Part shown: positions 53,825 through 64,000 of the stretch, in pieces
Numbering within the stretch: the stretch's first letter is position 1
How the letters are laid out: each line of letters starts with the position of its first letter
Assembly (NCBI GenBank): GCA_963667665.2
Contig: OY763927.2
Coordinates: 768,001 to 832,000 of the forward strand
Source of the DNA: Nitrosopumilus sp.
GTDB lineage: Archaea; Thermoproteota; Nitrososphaeria; Nitrososphaerales; Nitrosopumilaceae
Length of the DNA: 64,000 nucleotides
Reading direction: 5' to 3'
The notes under the pieces: generated by a model
What the model was told of the DNA's origin: nothing
Seen by the model: only the letters and a program-made list of their open reading frames with translations
Database searches by the model: none
Program-made: the position numbers and the translations under genes

Positions 53825-54595
53825 TTATCTAATTGTAAATGATTCTGAATACAAATATCTGTCAGAGTGACTTCCAATTGGAGATGATTGATGCGTGTAA
53901 CTGATTTTATGAACACCAGCTGTAAAATCACCTGTTATTTCAAAACTACCCGTAAATACACCATCATGTATGTTGCATTCTGTTCTTTTATCGATAGTAT
54001 GATGATAGTATTTGCCAAACTCAATAGGAGTTTCATAATCTCTCCAATTGTTAATTTCTACGGGATACTGTGTTTCATCATAAGGATAGTATCCCATACA
54101 CCCACCAAGTCCATCTATAGTTTTTCTTTCATTTTCTGGCGTTATTATTATAATATTGATATTTTCCTGAGAGGGATAAATCACAGTTCCGTTTATCAGT
54201 TGTTTTGTAAGTGCGCCCATCAATTTCCCTGTCACATAAACAGTATCACCTAAACTGTAATCTTGCTTATCCGTAGTAATATATGGTAATTCTACATTCT
54301 GATGTTTTATTTCTTGTTGTGGTTGAGTAATATCATCTGTTTGAATAACACTCTTTTCTTCTTCAAGATGTTCTATTTCTTGTTTCAATTCAAACACTTC
54401 TTTTTCTAAGTTATGGATATTTTTCTCATAAATTTGGAATTTATTTTCTACCCATTTCTTGTATTTTTCCATGTAATCTTTGTATGATTCAAGATAGTCT
54501 TTCCATTCTTGTAACATATCACGTTCGGCATAGGCATCACTTGTTGCAGGAATGAAGAATAAAATCAGTAATGGGATAACTATTTTTTTATTCAA
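53825..54595 (-). CDS. Secreted protein with coiled coil and Ig-like domain
   Basis: Signal peptide; TDKQDY.LGD.V.VTG motif. Confidence 0.65.
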   Translation of the reverse strand: MNKKIVIPLLILFFIPATSDAYAERDMLQEWKDYLESYKDYMEKYKKWVENKFQIYEKNIHNLEKEVFELKQEIEHLEEEKSVIQTDDITQPQQEIKHQNVELPYITTDKQDYSLGDTVYVTGKLMGALTKQLINGTVIYPSQENINIIIITPENERKTIDGLGGCMGYYPYDETQYPVEINNWRDYETPIEFGKYYHHTIDKRTECNIHDGVFTGSFEITGDFTAGVHKISYTHQSSPIGSHSDRYLYSESFTIR

Positions 54596-54599
54596 TTCA

Positions 54600-54836
54600 T
54601 CAAGAGTCTATAATATCCAAATAGATTATATCATCAGAACGAGAATACATTGCTTTGTAGTCCTTATTGCTTCCCATTATAGTTCCTTGTGCATTCATGA
54701 CTTCTTCTCCTGTTGCATTAACATCTAAAAATTTCAACCATACACGATTAAAACAAAGCATAAAATGTTCTTGACTTGAAGATCCTAATTCGTGAAATTT
54801 AGAGCTGAAATCTTTTGGCTTTTCTAGATTAACCAT
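54600..54836 (-). CDS. Hypothetical protein
   Basis: ORF. Confidence 0.5.
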   Translation of the reverse strand: MVNLEKPKDFSSKFHELGSSSQEHFMLCFNRVWLKFLDVNATGEEVMNAQGTIMGSNKDYKAMYSRSDDIIYLDIIDS

Positions 54837-54898
54837 CTCTGAGTTCGGCTACAAAATCTTTAAAACAATTTGACTTTGTAGTATCCCCTAGTGTTTTT

Positions 54899-55306
54899 TT
54901 GAAAGCTTCTAATTCTTCTTTTGTGCTGGATTCAAATATTTCTCACATAGATAGCCCATTTTTTCCCAATCGAAATTTACTCCTTCTTACAATTGCTGCA
55001 TCATATGCATATCAAAATTCCATAAACATTGTTTCTATAGGATTATTAGATAATATGATTTTTCCAGACCAAAATAAGGAGTTTGTAAGTAATGCTGAAA
55101 AAACCATATCAATAAGTCTTGGACAAGAAATTAAAATTCTCACACCGTTAATTGAATTAGATAAAAGAGAAGTGGTGGGTTTAGCAAAAAAACATAAAAT
55201 TCCATTAGAATTTACTTATTCTTGTTACTCAGGAAAATCACTACCATGTGGCAACTGTAAAGCATGTGTAGAAAGAAAGTTAGCTATGAATGAACCAGTT
55301 TTATAA
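54899..55306 (+). pseudogene. QueC-family gene, C-terminal half only
   Basis: PNRN, FPDQ, TYSCY and CGNCKAC motifs; SGGxDS loop absent. Confidence 0.85.
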
Positions 55307-55341
55307 AAAAATTCTATATACTTTGTATTTAGATAAATAAT

Positions 55342-55563
55342 ATGGGAGCATCAGGAAGTTTTCATTATGATCCAAATTCAAATTCATCAGAAAAGAAATT
55401 TGATTCAGCTACATCAGATGCTGAAAGATTTTCTGATCGCCCATCAGGAACAAGAAATGTTTTCATTAGTTTTCATGTTGAAGACGAATCACAAGTGAGA
55501 TTTTTTACAACAATTGAGATAGTTCTAGATCTTGTCACACTACAAATCTTAAACAATGATTAA
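55342..55563 (+). pseudogene. TIR-like (MTH538/ThsB-type) gene, 3' truncated
   Basis: RNVFISFH.ED...V first strand and helix, then similarity is lost near 55505. Confidence 0.65.
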
Positions 55564-55603
55564 AAAAGATATAGTATGAATTGTAGGAATCAATACTTCT
55601 AAT

Positions 55604-55780
55604 CTATTTATTGAGAAATTCCTTGATTTTCTTTAGATTTGTAACATTTGATTCATGAAACATTACCATAGATTCTGCAAGTGAGTTTGGTAAGACATTT
55701 TTAAGATTGGCAACGAGTTCATCGCCGCCAGTAATCATATTATCAATGAGTTTTTCAATCTCATTTTTCTCATCAGCCAT
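55604..55780 (-). CDS. Small helical protein, 58 aa
   Basis: Hand-translated MADEKNEIEKLIDNMI...KEFLNK. Confidence 0.6.
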   Translation of the reverse strand: MADEKNEIEKLIDNMITGGDELVANLKNVLPNSLAESMVMFHESNVTNLKKIKEFLNK

Positions 55781-55802
55781 TTGAGGTATATAGGCACTAA
55801 TC

Positions 55803-56036
55803 CTAATTATCTTTTTTTATAAGAGTTGCAGTAGAACGAACTTTTGGTAATTTTTGAATATTCCAAGAAACAATCTCTCTTATTTTTTCAAAATTATCTG
55901 CTTGTAATTTTACCATCATATCATGAGTTCCAATTGTTTCAAAGACATCTTTAACTTCTTCAAGTTCTTTTAGTTTTTCAATAATTTCAGCTTCTGCACC
56001 TAACTCACAATTTAACATCACATATGCATCAGTCAT
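55803..56036 (-). CDS. Lrp/AsnC ligand-binding (RAM) domain protein
   Basis: AYV.LN...G.HD...K...V.ST.TL pattern. Confidence 0.85.
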   Translation of the reverse strand: MTDAYVMLNCELGAEAEIIEKLKELEEVKDVFETIGTHDMMVKLQADNFEKIREIVSWNIQKLPKVRSTATLIKKDN

Positions 56037-56085
56037 GAATTAAACCAATATTCATGATTATTTAAATCAGGAGAATTTTAGAATC

Positions 56086-56742
56086 TTACCAGGTTACATG
56101 AACTAGATCTTTGAGGTTTCGTCTGGGTTTTGGGAATTTTGTTTGTTCTGGATATCCAATACACAAAACAGATGATGGAACTAAATCGGTTTCAATAATA
56201 TCCATTACCTTTTGTTCATCAAACATACCAATCCAGATTGAGCTTAATCCTAATGCTTGAGCTGCTAACTGAGAATACCCCGCAGCCAAGGTTGCATCTT
56301 GTATGGCAAATTTTTTAAGAACATAATCAGGAAAATCAAATTTTACTCTAGACGGATTTTTACAGAAAATCAACACAACAGGGGCGTTAACATAAGGTTG
56401 TTTATTACATGCCTCAACTAGAAGTTTTTTCTTTTCTGGACTTTTAAGATAAAAGATTTCAAATCCCTGATAGTTTCCAGCAGTAGGTGCAGTATCAGCT
56501 GCTGCAATTACTTTGTCAATTTTTGTGGTTTCAACGGGTTTATCTGAAAATTTTCTTGTTGAGCGTCTCTTTGCCATGACTGCAAACAAATCGGTGTTTA
56601 CAACTTCTTCAGTTGGACCAGACTTTAAAATAAAGTCAAGTAAGTGGTTTCTTACATCGTGATCAGTTGATTCAGGGGATTCTTGAGGTTCATAACCTTG
56701 AGGATATATTTTATCACCAGTTTTTTTTGCATCCATAAACAA
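56086..56742 (-). CDS. Nitroreductase family protein
   Basis: RRSTRKF, APTAGN.Q, GL.S.WIG and IGYP motifs. Confidence 0.9.
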   Translation of the reverse strand: MFMDAKKTGDKIYPQGYEPQESPESTDHDVRNHLLDFILKSGPTEEVVNTDLFAVMAKRRSTRKFSDKPVETTKIDKVIAAADTAPTAGNYQGFEIFYLKSPEKKKLLVEACNKQPYVNAPVVLIFCKNPSRVKFDFPDYVLKKFAIQDATLAAGYSQLAAQALGLSSIWIGMFDEQKVMDIIETDLVPSSVLCIGYPEQTKFPKPRRNLKDLVHVTW

Positions 56743-56780
56743 TTTACAAAATATATCGTATTAAAGACTTGAAAACTAAA

Positions 56781-56966
56781 TCATTCAGCTTCAAAACTAT
56801 CACAACCGGAATTACATGGTTTGTTCATTACACCCTCACATTTTCCTAATTCATTATGCATTATTCTATGATGCCCACAGATTTTACATTTTTCTCGAAA
56901 ATGTGCAATTAGTTCAGCAGTAGAAATTTTTGATTCCTGTATCCTTGATTCGGTTTGTTGTGTCAT
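56781..56966 (-). CDS. Small Cys/His protein
   Basis: C..CGH...H....C.....C..C..F pattern. Confidence 0.55.
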   Translation of the reverse strand: MTQQTESRIQESKISTAELIAHFREKCKICGHHRIMHNELGKCEGVMNKPCNSGCDSFEAE

Positions 56967-57014
56967 ACAATATCACTAATACTATTCATCAAATGATTGT
57001 AAATAAAAAGATCA

Positions 57015-57033
57015 ACGCCGGGAAAGAGACTTG
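57015..57033. repeat. Degenerate copy of the tRNA-Ser 3' end (att-like)
   Basis: acgccgggaaagagacttg vs acgccgggaaagggattcg at 60744. Confidence 0.55.
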
Positions 57034-57157
57034 CTCAATTTGTTCAACGCCCTTGCCATATTACAAAGTTTCTAGGCGTGAATTTATTCAATATCATCAC
57101 AATTATGGTTCATAGATCAAGAGTTGTTTAGCGAATATTGGATAATCTTGTATAGAT

Positions 57158-58338
57158 TATTGAATTAAGTAAGACATAGCAGAATTTGGTGAAAGACTAG
57201 TTTGATCCTGTAGTGAATTCCAAACAAAGGTCTCAACTGTATAGTTCCCAAATTCTGTTGGAGTCCATGATTGAGACAACTCTAGACTCTGATTTGATGT
57301 TAGTTCTCCTAGAATCCAGGACAAGAAAACCACCGCTTCTTCTTGATCTTTTATCTGTATAATGTATACAAAGGGTTGATCATAATTTTGATTGTTACGA
57401 ATCATGCCAACAACTTGAATCTGTTCGTTAATTATTGGTTCTATTGGAATACCTAAACTATCAGCAAAGAAAACATCTTCAACTGAAATTCTTTGAATAG
57501 GGGGAACTTCTGATTCAAGTTTTGACTTTATTTGTATATCCAAGTCGTCTTGTATGCTATATGGGGAAGGAAGTGTGTTATCTTCGTATTTTGCATAAAT
57601 TGAATCATTTGGAATAGCAAATAACCGATTGCCACTTGAGACACTAGTCTGTGTAAAAGAAATTAAAGCTTCAAACAATCCCGAATCATCTTCTGTCTCT
57701 ATTGCATCAACAAGAATTCCTGCCACATCAGAATCAGATGAAACTTTTACTTCAATTCGGTCTATAGCCTCTGGATTAAGATTCATATCAAGATCAATTA
57801 CTTTAATTTTAGCAGTCTCTCCAACCAAGAAGATTGATTTGTCAAAAATTATTTCTCCTATATTCCAACTTATCATTGCAGAATGAGTTAGAACAACACC
57901 ATCTGCAAATTCAAATGATACCGTTATTCCTCCATCTCGCTCAACCTCCAAGAAACCATTAGTTGGACCAGTTCCAACTGTACGTGGGTTAGTATCTGAA
58001 TTTCCGTCATCATCAACATCATGTAAAAAACCAGTAAGAATTATCTCACCTGTAAATACACCACTATTTGGTTCAGTTTCTGTTAATTTGTATGGTTCAA
58101 GTGAATGTTTAGCAGTGTAAATCTTGATCAAGTGACCATCTTGAGTACCTATAGAATCAATACCATACTTGTTGGCATTCCAACTTGGTGCAACCACTGT
58201 TATGGATATTTTATCAGTCCAAGTGTATACTTCCTTATCGGTAAAAATTGGGGCATAGGGATTAAAATAATCAGGAACTTCTTCTGCGAATGCCGATAAT
58301 ACAAGAAATGGTAACACTGAGAGAGTAATTACTAACAA
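57158..58338 (-). CDS. Secreted thaumarchaeal S-layer-like protein
   Basis: ET...SG.F motif twice; DLDMNLNP. Confidence 0.75.
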
Positions 58339-58713
58339 TTTTCTAGAATTAATTTATCACAATTTGATTTAATGGTTTACCAAATTGTTAATCCTGTATA
58401 GATTATCCAAAATAATTCATTATACAATTATGATGGGATTCTATTTTCTTCTTATCCAATCCCATTCAGGACGTTCATTTTGTTCAGGTTCTATTCCAAG
58501 AACTCTTTCATGGAATTCATAGATAAATTCGTCTAGATCTTCATCATCCATATGATTTTCATAATAATTTTAGTATATAACAAGTATTATGTTCAAAACA
58601 TGACACACATTATTAGCTATTTTTACCGTTTTGAAATTTGAAAATGTTACAAATTAGAGTTTAGAATCTAAAGCTTGTAACGTACCACTAAAACAATTTC
58701 AAATTCAGACAAG

Positions 58714-59583
58714 TTATGTTTCTCCTGATGAGTAAAGCACTTCAGAAATTATTCTAGAAGCCAAATGAGACGTTCTATCTTTTATATCAAAGCTGGGACA
58801 AACTTCCATAACATCCATTCCTACAATTCCTTTCTTTGCTATTTCTTTTAACAGATAAACCGCATCTGTACTACTCAAACCCATAGGGACTGGAACTGAA
58901 ACACCTGGAGCATAGGCAGGATCAACACAATCCATATCAAATGAAATGTACACTTTATCACCTAATTTGTTCAGGATTGAATTTGCTACTTGTTTGATTC
59001 CTTTCTTTTGTATATCAAAAGGAGTAATTACTTCTAGATTGAATTTGTTAATATTATCCAATTCTTCTTGCTCGGGAGTTCTAATTCCTATTTGAACACT
59101 AGAGGCAATTTCAACATTTGAAAGTATATCATTTACCACAGAGCCATAGTAGTTTGTCATTGAACTTACAAAGTCAGGATGAGCATCAAAATATACCAAA
59201 GAAATTTTCCCATGTTTTTTTGTTATTGCATTAATTATTTGTCGAGTAATGGAATGATCACCTCCAATCGAAATAGGAATTTTTGAAGATGCAGATATCT
59301 TATCATAAATGCTTTCAATCTGAGAACGAGTAATGTTTCCAAAGTCATGAACTTTTTTTTCAGAGCCTTGAAAGGGACGCCCAAGAGAGATTTTTCCATC
59401 TCGTTCAAAAGAGTCACGGAGATTGGAGATTTGACGAATTTTGAATGGTGCTTCTTCTGTTCCTTTTCTTAACGCATGTGACTGTGATTCATCAGGAATG
59501 CCAATGATAACAAATTCAGATTGTTCAAAATCATCTGTATTTGCCCAACAAATTTTTTCCATAATATTATAATTGATGTTCAA
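58714..59583 (-). CDS. Agmatinase/arginase (ureohydrolase) family
   Basis: GGDHS, DAHPD, SFDMDCVDP..APG and EV.P motifs. Confidence 0.9.
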   Translation of the reverse strand: MNINYNIMEKICWANTDDFEQSEFVIIGIPDESQSHALRKGTEEAPFKIRQISNLRDSFERDGKISLGRPFQGSEKKVHDFGNITRSQIESIYDKISASSKIPISIGGDHSITRQIINAITKKHGKISLVYFDAHPDFVSSMTNYYGSVVNDILSNVEIASSVQIGIRTPEQEELDNINKFNLEVITPFDIQKKGIKQVANSILNKLGDKVYISFDMDCVDPAYAPGVSVPVPMGLSSTDAVYLLKEIAKKGIVGMDVMEVCPSFDIKDRTSHLASRIISEVLYSSGET

Positions 59584-59772
59584 TCAGCATTTAACTCAAA
59601 TCTCTCTGCAAAAATTTTGGATTCTATTGAGTGTTGCTCAAAAATAATTAACATTCAAAGACATTCTAGATATAAATTAAAAAAAATGTGAAAAAGAGTT
59701 TAGAATCTAGATTACAATAAAAAATGAGACGTTTAACGTCCTTATTACTTAGAAATTAAACGAGAATCATTA

Positions 59773-60027
59773 TTAGAATCCAATTTTATCTAGTAAAAAA
59801 TTTAGAATATAACTACTTTTTACATTTGTTCTATGAACGGACACTGACGCCATTTGGTGACATTTGTTCTCCATAGGCATTTCATAGAATCCCTGTTTTG
59901 TTTTTTGGATATTTCTGAATTGTTCTTTTTTTATTGCCATCTCTAAATCTATGATTATCCTTTCTTCTTTTAACATCTTTCTTAATTTTTGTTCTGGTGA
60001 TCGTATTTTTGACTTGCCTGGCATCAT
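59773..60027 (-). CDS. Hypothetical protein
   Basis: ORF only. Confidence 0.4.
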   Translation of the reverse strand: MMPGKSKIRSPEQKLRKMLKEERIIIDLEMAIKKEQFRNIQKTKQGFYEMPMENKCHQMASVSVHRTNVKSSYILNFLLDKIGF

Positions 60028-60744
60028 ATTTCCTAATTCAGTAAATACAACTTAAGACCATGTCTGTCTCAAAAAAAACAGTACAGATTGAAAAACAGTG
60101 TTTAGAATCTAATCTTTTAGATTACTGAAAAAGAAATACCAAAAATGATATCTATTATCAGTAGAACAATTCCTAGCTTTAGACAATTCTTAGCCTTAAT
60201 TGGATCATCTTCTTTTATTACAAACCATGCTATGACACCACCAATAATACCGAAAAGTATTGGTAAAAGATACCATAAACCTGAGACCTTCTTTTTTCAT
60301 CACTCATTTCCTTTTCACACAACCCAATAACGTGAATCTTTTACTTAACTTGGATCACAATTATTACAGGTTTCATTCCTTAGTATACACTCCACATTTA
60401 CTGCATCTAGGAATAAATAAAAATCAATCCTATTACAGCAAGAGCAACTCCAACAATTGTAATTATTTGATTTTTATCCAATGAATTGATTTGAATTGTA
60501 CGGGTTTAAGCTTAACCGAAAGATCTTTTGATCAATAGTTTCTACAATAACTAGTGCGATAATTATTACAGTTTCATATTTTTCAAAGAGTCTGTATTCA
60601 GGAGCTGTAACTATTTTCTTTAGTTCCCTAAACTGATTTGTAAGTCTGCTCTTGTAGTAGTAATCGCTAACTGGTTTCTGGTTCTTGCTCTTCTGCTTCA
60701 TAGTTGATCTATAGGGGAGTAAGGGCGTTTAACTGAATATGTTA

Positions 60745-60826
60745 CGCCGGGAAAGGGATTCGAGCCCCTGCACGCTTGCGCGTAGCCGTTTTCGAGACGG
60801 CCGCCTTACCACTTGGCTACCCCGGC
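60745..60826 (-). tRNA. tRNA-Ser(CGA)
   Basis: Cloverleaf; anticodon stem gccgt-ctCGAaa-acggc; long variable arm. Confidence 0.93.
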
Positions 60827-60908
60827 ATCTAGTCTGAGATTTTCTCTATAATAAAACAAGTCAAATGTGAAGGACAAACACAAAATAGCATAAATTACAA
60901 CGAATTCT

Positions 60909-61931
60909 ATGGGACTAAATCTAAAAGACTTGGTAGTAAGAGAGAAAACAAACCTAGAAGCATTTTCAACTAAAATAATTGCAATTGATGCATACAATGC
61001 GATCTATCAATTCTTAGCAAGCATTAGAGGCCCAGATGGATTACAGTTATCTGATTCTGAAGGTAGAATCACTAGTCATCTAAGTGGTCTGCTTTACAGA
61101 AATGTCAACTTTCTATCTTTAGGAATAAAACCAGTTTATGTATTTGATGGTAAACCACCGTCACTAAAAACAGCAGAAATTGAACGTAGAAAACAAATTA
61201 AAAAAGATGCAACTATCAAATATGAAAAAGCAATCGCTGATAGAAACATGGAAGATGCAAGAAAATATGCACAGCAAACAACCAGTATGAAAGATGGAAT
61301 GGTAAAAGAATCAAAACAACTTCTAACATGTTTTGGAATTCCATTCATAGAAGCAGCATCAGAAGGGGAAGCAACAGCTGCACATCTAACTAACACAGGA
61401 CAAGCATATGCCTCAGCAAGTCAGGACTATGACTCTATTTTATGTGGTGCAAAAAGATTGGTAAGAAATTTCACTAATAGTGGAAGAAGAAAATTACCAA
61501 ATAGAAACACCTACATCGATATTGTTCCAGAGATTATTGAAACCCAAAAAACACTTGATTCATTAGGATTTACAAGAGAACAGCTTGTGGATGTTGGAAT
61601 TTTGATTGGTACAGATTTTAATCCAAATGGTTTTGAAAGAATTGGTCCAAAGACTGCACTAAAAATGATCAAACAACATTCAAGATTAGAGGACATACCT
61701 CAAATTCAAGAACAATTGCAAGAAATTGAATTTCAACAGATACGAAAAATCTTTTTGGAACCAAAAGTCACAGAAGTAGATGAGATTATTTTTGATAAAG
61801 TAGACTATGAAGCAATAACAAACTATCTTGTAAAAGAGAGAAGTTTTTCAGAAGATAGAATTCAGTCAACCTTGAATAGATTAAAAAAAGCATTAGAGAA
61901 AAAGAGTCAAAATCTAGATCAGTGGTTTTAA
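60909..61931 (+). CDS. fen: Flap endonuclease 1
   Basis: TSHLSG, EGEA, SQDYD, GTDFN and C-terminal PIP box QNLDQWF. Confidence 0.97.
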   Translation: MGLNLKDLVVREKTNLEAFSTKIIAIDAYNAIYQFLASIRGPDGLQLSDSEGRITSHLSGLLYRNVNFLSLGIKPVYVFDGKPPSLKTAEIERRKQIKKDATIKYEKAIADRNMEDARKYAQQTTSMKDGMVKESKQLLTCFGIPFIEAASEGEATAAHLTNTGQAYASASQDYDSILCGAKRLVRNFTNSGRRKLPNRNTYIDIVPEIIETQKTLDSLGFTREQLVDVGILIGTDFNPNGFERIGPKTALKMIKQHSRLEDIPQIQEQLQEIEFQQIRKIFLEPKVTEVDEIIFDKVDYEAITNYLVKERSFSEDRIQSTLNRLKKALEKKSQNLDQWF

Positions 61932-61961
61932 TTTAATAACTAGTCGATCTAATTTTAAAAA

Positions 61962-62492
61962 ATGCCTCAAACTGAAGCAAGAAAAACTCTCAAAGATGCA
62001 CCAATAATGTGGAGAAGGATAAACTCCATTGGAATAATTCTTGATTGTAATTCCACATATGCTGCAAACTTAGGATATGCAAAGTCAGAGATTTTAGGCA
62101 AACCAATCTTTGAACACGTGCCTAAGGAAGCATGGGAAGTAATGAATGACTCTCTAAAAACTTGGTTTGAGACAGGAAAAGTAACGGATAAAAAGATCAC
62201 ATTCAAGAAACTAGATGGAACTACCTTTGCAGGATTATTACAAGCAACAAGTCTTTATGATGAAAATAAAAATCTGCTTGGAAGTAATACGGTAATTTTT
62301 GATTTGACAAATATTACTGATGAAAAAATAAAAGAATATGAAGAATTTTTTAGAGAATCAAATATCAAACTAGATGAAATCAAAGAAAATGATTACGAAC
62401 AACTAGATGAAAACTCAAAATCAGAATATGATGGACTAAAAGAAATGTTTGAAATGCTTTCTGCAATTAATTTAAAAGAATTAAAACAATAA
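61962..62492 (+). CDS. PAS-domain protein
   Basis: N..YA..LGY.K.EILG and KK.DG.TF motifs. Confidence 0.8.
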   Translation: MPQTEARKTLKDAPIMWRRINSIGIILDCNSTYAANLGYAKSEILGKPIFEHVPKEAWEVMNDSLKTWFETGKVTDKKITFKKLDGTTFAGLLQATSLYDENKNLLGSNTVIFDLTNITDEKIKEYEEFFRESNIKLDEIKENDYEQLDENSKSEYDGLKEMFEMLSAINLKELKQ

Positions 62493-62493
62493 A

Positions 62494-64000
62494 TTATTTT
62501 GATTTTTCTTTAATTGATTTTTGAAGTTCTGCAAATACACTTTGAACTTCAGTTACGGCTGTACCATCCTCCAAAGTACTGACATCACCAATTGTTTCAT
62601 TATTTGCAATTGCTTTTAGTAATCTTCTCATAATTTTTCCACTTCGTGTCTTTGGAAGTTTTGAAACAAAATAGATTTGTTTAGGTGTTGCAATTGCACC
62701 AATATCATTACGTATTTTCTGTGAAAGTTCTTTTTCTAAATCATTAGAATTTTTTTTAACTCCATCTTTAAGAACAACAAACGCAATAATCACTTCACCT
62801 TTAATTTCATCAGGAATCCCACATACTGCAGACTCTGCAACATGCTTATGAGATACAATGCAGCTTTCAAGTTCTGCAGTTCCAATTTTATGACCTGCAA
62901 CTTTTAGAGCATCGTCTGCACGTCCAAGTATCCAAAGATACCCATCCTCATCTTTTAATGCATAATCGCCAGAATAGTAATAGTTTTCATATTTTGACCA
63001 ATACACATCTTTGTATTTTTCATCATCTCCCCACAATGTCAAAAGCATCCCAGGCCAAGGATTCTTGATTACAAGATATCCCTTTGTATTTGGAGATACA
63101 TCAGACCCATTTTCATCAACCACAGAGATATTTACGCCTGGAATTGGGTATGTTCCAGATCCAGGCTTTAGAGGAATTGTCTCTAATCCAGGTAATGGAG
63201 ATATCAGCATACCTCCAGTTTCAGTTTGCCACCAAGTATCAATAATTGGGCAATTTTCTTTTCCAATAATTTTAAAATACCATCTCCAAACTTCGGGATT
63301 AATTGGTTCTCCTACTGTTCCAAGTAAGCGAAGCGAAGAAAGATCAAAAGAGTTTGGAATATCATCCCCAAATTTCATAAACATTCTTAGAGCAGTAGGT
63401 GTTGTATAGAAAATTGTAACTTTGTATTTTTGTAAAATATCCCACATTCTTGATACATCAGGATAATCAGGTGCACCCTCATACATTATCTCAGTTGCAC
63501 CATGAAGTAATGGAGCATAGACAACATAACTGTGACCCGTAACCCAGCCAATATCAGCAGTACAGAAAAATACATCAGAATCTTTAATGTCAAATGCCCA
63601 CTTGAAAGTAGAATACAAATGTGTTAGATAACCACCAGTTCCATGTAAAACTCCTTTTGGTTTTCCAGTAGTTCCTGATGTGTATAAAATGTAAAGAGGA
63701 TGAGTGCTATCTAATTTTTCTGCATCACAATGATTAGATGCATCCTTCATCAAGTCATTCCAAAGTTTATCTTTTAATGTCATTGAAATTTCATTTTTTG
63801 TCCTCTCAAGAACTACAATATGCTCTACAAAATCAAAGTCTCTTATTGCTTCATCAACTACTTCTTTGAGTTTGACAATTTTGCCTCTTCTATATCCACC
63901 ATCAGCAGTAATGACTACTTTGGATTTAGAATCATCAATTCGATCTCTAATAGATACTGCACTAAAACCTGAAAAGACTACTGTATGTATTGCACCAATT
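62494..64000 (-). CDS. acs: Acetyl-CoA synthetase (AMP-forming), 5' end outside window
   Basis: [20 protein letters not shown] and [11 protein letters not shown] motifs; frame open to the edge. Confidence 0.93.
   Translation of the reverse strand, partial: IGAIHTVVFSGFSAVSIRDRIDDSKSKVVITADGGYRRGKIVKLKEVVDEAIRDFDFVEHIVVLERTKNEISMTLKDKLWNDLMKDASNHCDAEKLDSTHPLYILYTSGTTGKPKGVLHGTGGYLTHLYSTFKWAFDIKDSDVFFCTADIGWVTGHSYVVYAPLLHGATEIMYEGAPDYPDVSRMWDILQKYKVTIFYTTPTALRMFMKFGDDIPNSFDLSSLRLLGTVGEPINPEVWRWYFKIIGKENCPIIDTWWQTETGGMLISPLPGLETIPLKPGSGTYPIPGVNISVVDENGSDVSPNTKGYLVIKNPWPGMLLTLWGDDEKYKDVYWSKYENYYYSGDYALKDEDGYLWILGRADDALKVAGHKIGTAELESCIVSHKHVAESAVCGIPDEIKGEVIIAFVVLKDGVKKNSNDLEKELSQKIRNDIGAIATPKQIYFVSKLPKTRSGKIMRRLLKAIANNETIGDVSTLEDGTAVTEVQSVFAELQKSIKEKSK

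Noticed and set aside
1-64000. CRISPR array or cas genes
   Set aside because: No run of three or more regularly spaced repeats with unique spacers and no cas motifs; the tandem repeats seen are coding.

Overview
This window comes from an AT-rich ammonia-oxidising archaeon (Nitrosopumilaceae-like; inferred from gene content such as FEN1, a JAMM protein, PAC2 and thaumarchaeal secreted families). Two core-like flanks bracket a decaying mosaic island. The left flank (1-18.7 kb) carries an HD protein, FAD oxidoreductase, SOD, SNF2 helicase and a Dpp/Opp permease pair. The right flank (55.6-64 kb) carries Lrp, a nitroreductase, agmatinase, tRNA-Ser, fen and acs. The island (about 18.7-55.5 kb) contains ParB, a tyrosine integrase, a truncated type IIG R-M gene, four IS630-family copies, an IS481 remnant, many abruptly truncated gene fragments and a visibly GC-richer block (41.3-53.6 kb) of surface proteins. 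Main observations: (1) a 27-bp direct repeat brackets a single cargo gene, and its right half recurs at the 5' end of the integrase; (2) a ~200-bp TAGCA/TGCTA-rich element is repeated in the same orientation in four consecutive spacers between unrelated genes; together these suggest an undescribed cassette-accretion system; (3) a QueC-like fragment is followed by a TIR-like protein starting MGASGS, a candidate deazaguanylation-linked defence pair; (4) three translationally coupled small paralogues lie between inverted IS630 copies; (5) an operon of twin paralogues with a Panacea/YwgA-like gene. All calls come from reading motifs by eye; no database searches were run.
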